Shown: piece by piece, positions 54,430 through 64,000 of the stretch
Layout: each line of letters opens with the position of its first letter
How positions within the stretch are numbered: the stretch's first letter is position 1
Source of the DNA: Tubulanus polymorphus
Taxonomy: Eukaryota > Animalia > Nemertea
Direction of reading: 5' to 3'
DNA: 64,000 nt
Assembly: GCF_964204645.1 (NCBI RefSeq)
Contig: NC_134026.1
Location: 8,517,950 to 8,581,949, forward strand
Program-made: the position numbers and the translations under genes
Notes under the pieces: model-generated
Told to the model about the DNA's origin: nothing
What the model saw: only the letters and a program-made list of their open reading frames with translations
The model's database searches: none

Positions 54430-54930
54430 GGCGCGTATTTCGAAATCTGCATAATTTCGACATCGATTTTGCAAAAATGGATTTCGCAATTTTTGGAAAC
54501 TAGATATATGAGCGCGTTTGAACTTGGGAATGCTTGTTTGCCGCGCGCGCGCAACCCTGTTTGAAAATCTGCATAACTTTTGAATCGCTTATCTCACCCC
54601 CGAGTCTTTTGACAAAACCATCGCTATCGCTTACTGCGATAAATCGAAATAATGAGCTCGGTTGAACTTGAGGGTAATTGTTTAAGCTTCCGTGCTTGGA
54701 AATCTACATAACTTTCCCATCGCTTGTCTGAAGAATTCCTTTCAAAAATATACTGTGAAAGAAATAGATATATGAGTTTATTTGAACTCGTGGGTATTGT
54801 ACGCACAACTGTATTTGAAAATTTCCATAACTATTACATCGATTATCTCACCGACCTTTCAGGAAAAGTTTTCCAATCTTTTATTCTGAAAATTGAAATA
54901 TGGCCTCATCTGAACTCACGGGTATTGTAG
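54430..54930. repeat. Degenerate tandem repeat, about 4 units of 120-140 bp
   Basis: GAAA(A)TCTGCATAA-like motif at about 54441, 54563, 54700 and 54817; TGAACT(C/T)-like motif at about 54519, 54664, 54783 and 54911. Confidence 0.6.
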
Positions 54931-55387
54931 AATCAATGGAAGCTAAATTGATGTTAATCACTAGATATAATTTGTTCATCAATTCAACAGACTTTTAAAG
55001 TGCGAAAACTTTGGTAATTCATGAGATTCATGCACAGAACCTTCATCTTTGGTTCAAAGGCCATTAAAAGAGATTAATCATTGAAGTCAAATGTAAAATT
55101 GGTTTTAGAACAAAAAATTAGCTTAGACAGATCTTTTGGATCTAAGGCCATTTTCGAAAGGGCTTTCCCATAATCATCTACACTGCACTATCTCTTCCGA
55201 TCGCCGCGTTGAAAGTGTCAGAAATCTCCTATCGAAAAGAACGTTCCTTCTTCTAGGGCGGAGCATAATCTAAGACGGGCCGGGCGTGTTAATATGAAAT
55301 ACAGGCCTTTCCTGCGACCCCAAAACGCGTCATATTGACCACCAAGAGCACAAGCGGCTTACTGGAGTAAAAAGCCATGACCAAACG

Positions 55388-55495
55388 CGAGAAATCCCAC
55401 AATAATTAAGCCAAAAATGCAAAGTTCTTAAATAGAAATGTGTTTATATTTGAGCGACGTTTCGGCTAAAACTATTAGCCTACATCAGGCGTACT
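55388..55495 (-). mobile_element. Third Penelope-like subfamily arm with a hammerhead-like core
   Basis: Minus strand: CTGATGT-A-GGCTAA(TAGTT)TTAGCC-GAAACGTC...ATTGTGGGATTTCTC; same 3' terminal motif as the other subfamilies. Confidence 0.6.
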
Positions 55496-56591
55496 GATTA
55501 CTGAATCAGAATGGATTGACAATATATTTATACAGGAATGTAACAAAGCAACTAAGTGAGTGATTGTTACATTCCTGCATAGATATTGTGTATCATACTG
55601 AAAAAGTCATGACCATTGACTGACGCAAAAATAAATGGTATATATATATACATATATGAATATCTTTTTGAATGTCGGCCTTGATGTTTTTGAACAATTG
55701 ATTACAGCAGCAGTTATTTATAAATTATAAATATACTAGACAATCCGAGTCCCATCTATATATGTATATATGTATATATGAAATCACGGCCCCGGACGTA
55801 GATTGATCACGATCCTTAAACGCGACAGTATATAACGTTGATTTCACGCTTCGATGCATCGAGATAAGACGATATTCTTCCTCGTGGTCATGAATCAAAC
55901 ATCGGCGCGCGCTGAAAATCATCCGCCGCAACGTGAATTTACAATATTTCACGCGGGGCGGCCGAGGACGGGGAGAAAAACGCGCGCTCCCGAGCGAGAG
56001 TTTAATCCGCTATACGGGATCTCGCCAAGTGAACCGTGCTCGTCGCTCGGATGTCCGTATCATCGTCGAAGATGAAAGTTTCTAGAATCATTTTTCGACG
56101 TTGAAAACGAGAAAAAAAATATCATATACTTCATACGTAACAGACAGCCCGGGTGAAACGATATTCTAAAATCGTATACGCTTCAAGAGCCGCAAAGTCA
56201 TATTCATTCATTCAGCATCGCCCACTTATTCAGCGCTGCCGTTGCTATGCATTGGACTTTAGAGCAACTGGCCCCAGAATGCCAAATTTTCTTTTCTTAC
56301 GAGGAACCACCAGATACAACGCCAGAAAGCGTGCATAACAATAAGGACAACTCGATCAAAATCAGCTCATTGTACTACTTTCAGTATAGATTTTTTATCC
56401 TCTCAGATGAAAAATTGGCCAAATCACATATGAATCTCATTTTCAAATGAGTAAATAAATGTAATTAAAACGAACGTATTGGCGTTTCAAAATAACACTT
56501 ACATTTGGGGATTTTCGTGTTCATTTTGTAATTAGATATATTTCATGACCCTTATTTTCATGTCTTATCAATAATGATTTTGAGTGGATGT

Positions 56592-57763
56592 ATATATGAT
56601 ATATAATTTCATTTTTCCATTTTGAATTATAATAATCGTACAAAGTAATACAAATACAAAAATTCAAGATGGAGGGAAACATGAAGAAACCTGTGAAGGT
56701 TTATATGATGTTCATGCCACCCTCGTACACCCAATCACACTCTCTTTCACACCACATTCACACCGAAAATATATAAGTGCCAGATGGCAGAGACTGGCAA
56801 AGTTATCGAAACATTAATTGACGAGATACTGTTTAAGAGAACGTTTAAAAACTGGAGGGGATACTGATCCAATGATCTTCAGTGAGTAAGGCAAGTTATT
56901 TCAAGTTAAAGGGGCTGACACTTTTAATGAAAATTTCTTTCGATTGGTTCTAAATTGTTCGTTCTACTTTGAATGCATGACGGTTTCGAATATGATGATG
57001 GTGAAAGTCAGAATTTAATGAAAAATAATCTGAAAACGAGTTAGGCAGTAGTGAATTCTTATATCTAAATATGAAAAAGCACAATTGAAATTTCGTCATT
57101 GCTCGAAAAGTAAGGATACCTAAGTTTTTGAAGATGGGGGCTGTATGATCTAAGAAGGCAACCTTTGATATAACCCTGATCGCACGCTTTTGAAGTAGGA
57201 TTATTGGCCTGATTTTCGATTCGTAGTTATTGCCCCAGATAAAATTGCAGTATTGGTGATACGGGTAAACAAAACTATAGTATAAGGTTTCCATCACTAA
57301 AACTGGCAATCGTCTTTTAACTCTATTTAAAACACCAATACTACGATATATCTTTTTACAGACAAATGATATGTGGTCAGACCACGTCAGTTTACTATCA
57401 ATATATAAACCAAGAAATTTTGTGGAATGAACTTGCGTTATTGGGACATTTCCAATTTTTATAGCACAAGGGGTACCCTTGAAATTTCCGAAAATCATAA
57501 AATGACATTTTTTAAGGTTTAGAGACAATTTGTTAACTTGAAACCATATTCGAAGTTTGATGAGTTCATTGTTTATCAGTTGGAATATCTTCTTATGATC
57601 TTTTGAATAAGCGAAGCATGTTGTGTCATCTGCTAAAAGGGTGAAGTCAAGGATTTTTGAAGCATTGACACAATCATTTATGTATAATAGATATAAAAGA
57701 GGACCGAGAATAGAACCTTGGGGAACTCCGATAGTTATACTCCTTCTTGACGAATTAACGTTG
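56592..57763 (-). mobile_element. 5'-truncated CR1/L2-group LINE
   Basis: RT C-terminal half, then a 3' UTR with the stem-loop GAGGG..CATGAA...TTCATG..CCCTC and an AT-rich tail; second 3' copy at 53350-53545. Confidence 0.9.
56814..57763 (-). pseudogene. LINE ORF2 reverse transcriptase, disrupted
   Basis: GVPQGSILGPLLYLLYIND, LADDT, LSLNLKKC, KFLGLYIDSKLTW, LQKRAIR. A GAAC duplication near 56960 shifts the frame; the original C-terminus RTNRKKFSLKVSAPLT*NNLP...FKRSLKQYLVN ends at TAA 56814-56816. Confidence 0.92.
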
Positions 57764-60700
57764 ACGATGTGTTCTACGTCATCCATATTGGAGCTAGCCT
57801 GGTTAGACTGGTTGCCGGTCAATATATTCAAATTCATTTCTTGTTGTTCATCATGCACAGAATATGAGAAATGATGGATAGATTCTAATTGAATTTAGTC
57901 GTCCGAATTCAGTGTTGCCACCTGGTGGATCCTTGCTTGCCACAAACCGAATCCTCGATTGCCACAGTCGATGTCATACGAAGTCTGTTCCGGATTGCCA
58001 TTAGATCAGCTTCTCGATCGAATATTCCTACCTTATATCAGATATCTTTGAGAACGAAACACATTTGCAAGCGTGTATACCCGTCACAAACAATAATCAC
58101 ATTTCGGACGAAATTGTTGTGGAAATATCTTCCGAAACCGCCCCGGGCGAGACTTCGACGTCTGATGACGAGATAATGACGAGATGACATTCTTGACAGC
58201 ATTTTCATCCCGAGATGGACGCAGACGATACGACCAAAGCAAAATCGATGTACAAAAACGAGGCAGAGACACAAAACACGGGATTCTCCAACAGCACCTC
58301 AGGATTAGCGTATGAAAGAGCAAGAACAGTGACCGCCGAGGACAGCGATATGTATAAAACATGACTATTTAAGAAGAAACCTTGAGCCGTACATCAATAC
58401 CGGTATGGTTGTACACCAAAGTTCCTTAATTCCTAAGTTTCGCTAAGACGTTATAAGTAGTTTGTTTCCCAAAACTCTTCATAAATCGTATAAGTTATCA
58501 CTCTGGATACCGGTTTTCGACTGTGTGGTATATAGAGACACAGAAATTATGATTTTTCAAGAAGTTTCAAGTGAACGTACGCCTGAAGATTGAATTTGTA
58601 TTATGAATAACAACGTATTGATATTGATGTTGAACATGTGTATTACAAAGAAAACCATAGAAAATCAATTAGAAAGTCAAAACCTCAGGATACGCAATAT
58701 TGAAAGCCTTATTATCAATGCCTGTATGAATGAAGTCATATAGGTCATTCGTATAGGGTATGTAATGAATGCTAAATATACCTTCTTATTTCATTAATAA
58801 TATTTTATCTTATTTCGTAAAGCCGTCCATTAATGCATTTTTGTAATGACATTTAACTGTCTGGTAGTGATTTCTCTGATCGCACGTGACCACGGTAAAG
58901 CTAAATTTGGTTCGGAGATTCTGCTGTCGCCTTTTCAATATCCTTTATAGCTTACCTTCTCTGAAAGTACGATATGCTAACGGTGTTTGTGTTTTCTATT
59001 ACGTGTAGGTGTTGAAGACGGTGTCCTCACTTATCATTATTGAATGGGAAGATTTTTTCAACGAATCTCTGACATCACAATATATCGGGATATCGCAGAG
59101 ACACTTCAGCGGTTACGTGTAATGACAGGACCAGCTGACCGTGGTAATTCAATTCACGCGATCCCAATACTCTGGAAACTCGAGCAGCCACGGCGTAGTG
59201 GTCGCGGTGGCGACGACCAACGAGTTGATTAGTGTTTATTTCTATCGGTGAACGGCCGAGTGAGCATTCGAAAAAAAATCAGCGTTTACGTGCGCGTATA
59301 ATCTATGTACGGGCGAAAAAATTGATACCTGAACTGACAGGTAAGATGAATAGAAAGCAATCGCGTATAGTAAATACATCAGTCAACCATAGCCGAGTAG
59401 TAAACGATGTAATAATAGATGGCTGAAATGCTCCATTTATCACTCCCCAGTCTCCCCCTCTTGTGCTCTCCACTCTCTCTCATCTTTGGCCGTCATGACG
59501 ACAACAACAAGGTTCTTCGCTACGAACAACAAAAGAAAACACACGTAAAAAGCTGTCGGTTTTAAAAAGGTTGCTGAGGGGGATATTCCTGCGAGCTAAC
59601 TCGTACAAAGCGCGCCAAAAAGATATCCGCTTTTCGTATCCAACATCGCGTTAGATTTCGGAACATCTGCGTTAATGAATTGCGGCGCGAAAAAAGTAAG
59701 ATTGATAGGCATCAGGCCGGCGGGGAGGCTGAGCGCAGAAAAACGCTCCGCTTGATAGAAAGTGATGAATCGTTTAAGCGTTAGTTCGGATCAAAATTAG
59801 ATACCGGGTCCTCACCTTTGCGTGCGGAAAACTATTCATAGATACCTATAGACCGGATTCCCCTTGACCTTCACCAGGTAAACATGTTTACGCATTCTGG
59901 GCAGATGCCAAACAGCAATGATCAACATCGTGAAAAATAGTAATAAGACTTCCTACGTACGCCGTATTCGACTTGATAGTAACCGATCTAAATAACTACA
60001 CTGACGCATTTGAATCGCTGTTTTCTTTTCTAAATTAACTTGTTTTGATGGGGTGCCATACCTCGCATGAGACTTCGAGAATGTCGATTCCCCAAAAGGC
60101 GTTTAACAACAAGATCTTGAATGGTGCAGTTACGGAATTCGAGGTATAGCCCAGCAAACGAACACCACAAATATCAAAACAAATGTTTTTCTGTGCTCTC
60201 GCCAACTGTAAAAGAAAATAAGTTAAGGCGCGACGTCCAAGCGAAAGAAGTGTTTAGAGCAAAAGTTCATATTTAAAATGATTTGAAACGATCGCTGTAC
60301 GTGTATATGGGTTCGTGCGACCAGTCATGCTGCCTTCAGCAATAGTGAACATTTTACGACCACGCATTGCCAGGTCTATTACATCGGAATGTCCATATCT
60401 CGGTAGTATTTACTACGAGGCAGATGTGAGTGGAGTAGAAATAAGTGCTTTTATCAGACAAAACACTACTACGCATAGTAGTTTCAGATGAATCTCGTTC
60501 GCCGATATGGGGCCCGCTATCGTGGAGAAACCGTAATTTATCATTCATAAACCTCCTACGTTCTAGCATATGCTCTTATAAAACGCATGCGAAATCTTCC
60601 CGATAAAAATTTGTGCAAAACTGATTACTCCGAGGATTATCTTTCGATAGCTTACTACTACGTGATATGAAGAGAAAATACTTAAGCGAATTTTGAGGCC

Positions 60701-63412
60701 AACGAGAAACACCGATGATTGTCACGAGTCTTTCTTGGTCAATGAAAACCACACCGCTTTAAGTGTTTGCTTTATAGGGATCTTACAACGTCCCTGATTT
60801 TCATTTTTTTAAAGATATGCATAACGAGAGAATCTAAGGCTTAGAAATGATACCTTGATCTCCTAATCAGTTAGGCCATTTTGTAAACCGCAATAAGATT
60901 TGTAACCAGTTCATTTCTATAGCTGCCGATTCGGTTATGGTTGACTTGATCATGATTTAAACAAAGGGGTCAACGTTTAAGCTCAGCAGAAAGAAGAAAC
61001 AAGGTCTCAGTCTACGGCCTAATAGTTTGAGAGATCAAAAATAAAGACTTAGAATGGGCCTACAATTTTTTTTTGTCTGGAAGGTTCTGGACCCTAGGCG
61101 TGTTTTAACTATAAAAAAAACCAAAAGAGAATTAGAATAACTCAACACTCACAGTTCCGAATAAGTACCAACCCAATTTTTAGAAAAACTCGGGGATAAG
61201 TGGAAGAAAGGCATCCGTTCTTTTTATCATCCACACACAAAATAACCAGTTCACAAAATAACTAGGCTCGGCAAAAATCAGATCGCTGATTGCTGATATG
61301 ATGATCACATTCGTACAGAATAGAGACAACCGCCATTTCCTGAATGGCGGTTTTGATGACTTTGTTCCTATGATATAAACGCACGAGGATTTCTTCATCA
61401 TCTCTCTTCGAACTTTCTCCCGGCGCGCGGCATTTATGCGCATTCGAGGCAATCAGGGCATTGAGCCGCGACAAAAGCTACACGAATTTCATATATGTAT
61501 ATATACATAAGAGCGAGAAAGAAAGAAGACACGAAGATAATCGACTGATTGGGCAATCAAGTATAAATTGTTATATGCGTGTGCGTCGCGGGATGTGCGG
61601 CGACTGATTTGAATTTCGCCATCTCTTGACCATGGCCGACTTATTGCAGACGTCACTACTACAGGATGGTCGATGGAGAATCAGAAAAAAATATGAAATA
61701 CAGAGCAACCAAATTATCCACAAATCAAGTTAGCGACCACGGGAAAGTTCGCGGGTACTGATTTCCCGGGTTTTTTTTTAATAATTCATTTGATTTCACT
61801 CGCCTCTCGTGGTGATGGGGGACCTTAACGCGCCAGTCGCCCGGAGCAGATTAGATACTTGCTAGTCGAGGTGAAATGAAATAAAGTACCCGAGTAACGC
61901 GGGACTTATTAATAATTGCCTCATCGGAGATGGCAACACGATCCAAAAAGATTGATCAAAAATGTTTTTTTTTAAGATTCGCAACCTCATCGTTACTAAA
62001 CACTATTTGTGGCCCATGCGAGACAATATGATTCTGGTAACCATGTTGTAACAGTTCTTTGATCGCGTTTTGTGCGTTAAGTTCTGGAACCAGTTCCTCA
62101 TAAGTTGGTTAAAGATATACCGGAGGATAAATACCACAGCAACAGTGAACTCGTAATTGTTTCTATGTCAACTATCCACTGGTTAATAAAGAAGTTTCCA
62201 GGTTCTCGGCGCCATTTTGTGGTGGTCCCTCGAGGTCCCCATTGTTGCGATAATTTTCGCTCATTTTTAAAACATGAGTTTTGATTGAATATCAAATAGC
62301 TCTGCAGTCCCTTGCTTTATTAACTTAATTAATACACCATTTTAAAGGAAATGAAATGCAGACATTTGCCGGTGATTCTTGGATTTTTTTTAACGCAACA
62401 ATAAAGAGCAGTGACGATGTGAAACCGAGGACCGCATATTTCGACCGCGCGTAAAAAAATTGCAATGTTCATAGATTTTGAAGATTCTAAGTGGTTATAA
62501 AAGCTAGATGTCTCCTTTTTACTTTAACCAACTTTTGAGCAACACTGACCCCTGATAACACGTGATCTTCTACTAGTACGTGTATCTCTTTGATTGAAAG
62601 TTAGGTTATGTTTAACATTCAATAACTTTTAATGAAAAAAAAAACAAACTTTTCGACAAAAACGAATTTCATTGGTTTCATTCGGGAAAATCCCCAAACT
62701 ACTTATGAAATAAGATGAAATACTAGGATCAATTTATCAGTTTCCAGAACGGCAAAGGAATTCTAGTTCATGGCTCGCACACCAGAGCGCAGCACCATCC
62801 AGTCAGATATCAATCCCGATCGATTCGAAAGCAAACTTTTCCCGTGTTGAATGTCATAACGAACGGTTGCCTATAAAGACGTTTGGCGTGATTTAACTTT
62901 CTAACAAGATAACGCCTTGTCAAATGTTCCCTAAAGGTCAAACTGAATATCAACATCAACTTAATTAGATAACACACCACTGATTTGCGATCCTCGCGCT
63001 AGACGCCGGCCCCCACCCCCGGGGTTTCGACGCGCCTAATGATCGCTGGCGTTTATACAAACGTCGCAATAATTCTTTTACACGCATTATGAAATGATGC
63101 TGAAGGTTTTTTGCCGATGCGGGATATTATGGCCGTCTAATGAAGATGGATTTACTGCGGTAACGTCCGAGCACAGCGCGCGCGGGTTTATGAATCCGAA
63201 TCGATGTCGTCGAGGCATAAAACAAAATTTCGTCGTCGAAATGTCGAATTTACGGCGTCGATATAGTGTCAGATTTTGATTAACAACGGTGGTATCGATT
63301 TCTTTGTAGGTATCAATCAGCCTGGGTCCATCCTTCAGACATAGGATGCTTTATCATCACAAACATTCTTGCAATTCGATCGTCCAAATTTCACGTGTTT
63401 AGTACTACTTAC

Positions 63413-63698
63413 CATCGGCGTCCACCAGAGGGGGTCGGGGTGCGGATGACCCCATTTTTTTAATCCAAGTTCGTTTCGCAGTGCCAAATTCAGTTTTTTC
63501 ACATCCCGGGAATTCCATAAATATTTTTCCATAAAAGGTCCTGTGAAAACGTCCCTTTCAAGCTTCGAATTTAAAAAAAATCAAGAACATTCAAGCAATT
63601 TCAAGAATTCAGAAATGCTTGTTTGCCTTCGGCGCGAAGTATGGCATATAGTCCTGCTTCTGACCCCCTTAGTTTAAGAAATCCCTGTGACGCCCCTG
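63413..63698. mobile_element. hAT-like MITE (CAGGGGCGTC-type termini)
   Basis: CATCGGCGTCCACCAGAGGGGGTC...TGACCCCCTT...GTGACGCCCCTG; internal GCCTTCGGCGCG. Confidence 0.5.
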
Positions 63699-63743
63699 CT
63701 TTGACTTTTATCCAAAATCAAATGCCACTTCATTCATCGTCTG

Positions 63744-63876
63744 GGGCCAGTTGCACAGTCGCGACTTGAAACCAAAAGTGGTCTTAAGACTGGTCTTAAA
63801 TTGTTAGATTTGCTATATAAAACAAAGTTGGTCTTAAACTGGTTTTAAGTCTGAGCCATGACTATCCAACTAGCTC
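63744..63876. mobile_element. Harbinger-like MITE with CTG TSD
   Basis: CTG|GGGCCAGTTGCACAGTC...GACTATCCAACTAGCTC|CTG; inverted homologue of 34421-34553. Confidence 0.8.
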
Positions 63877-63942
63877 CTGGACCTTACATCTGGACCTCAT
63901 GTATATATACAGGCAGCAGGTTGACACAACATGAAAACTAAC

Positions 63943-64000
63943 TTAAAGGTCCATTGACACCTTGAAAAATTAAACATATATCGCTTAATATTATCGACAA
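63943..64000. mobile_element. Possible Kolobok-type MITE left end (TTAA|AGG...)
   Basis: TTAAAGGTCCATTGACACC only; the other end would lie outside the window. Confidence 0.25.

Noticed and set aside
56950-57858. 302-aa ORF as an intact or domesticated RT gene (retron or DGR-like)
   Set aside because: It lacks the N-terminal RT motifs, has a frameshift and a stop in the C-terminus, and its LINE-type 3' UTR has a second copy nearby.

Overview
AT-rich eukaryotic DNA, most likely from an invertebrate animal (inferred from repeat content; species not identifiable). I found no intact host protein-coding gene and no prokaryotic features. The only convincing protein is a 5'-truncated, disrupted CR1/L2-type LINE reverse transcriptase (56.6-57.8 kb, minus). 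Heavily decayed Ty3/Gypsy and LINE remnants are visible only as scattered motifs. The rest is a mosaic of CpG-rich unique non-coding blocks and many small non-autonomous elements: CWG-target Harbinger-like MITEs, a 9-bp-TSD Mutator-like MITE, hAT-like and Tc/pogo-like MITEs, a tRNA-derived SINE head and microsatellites. Four observations stand out. (1) Six loci carry short Penelope-like repeats with minimal hammerhead-ribozyme cores, including a near-perfect 116-bp-arm foldback with a 13-bp TSD. (2) A 192-bp element has Maverick/Polinton hallmarks (AGTAGT...ACT ends, 6-bp TSD). (3) A 31-38 bp palindromic element occurs three times, each with its own 5-bp TSD. (4) A MITE family has tRNA B-box motifs in its TIRs. 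All calls were read by eye; coordinates of decayed elements are approximate.
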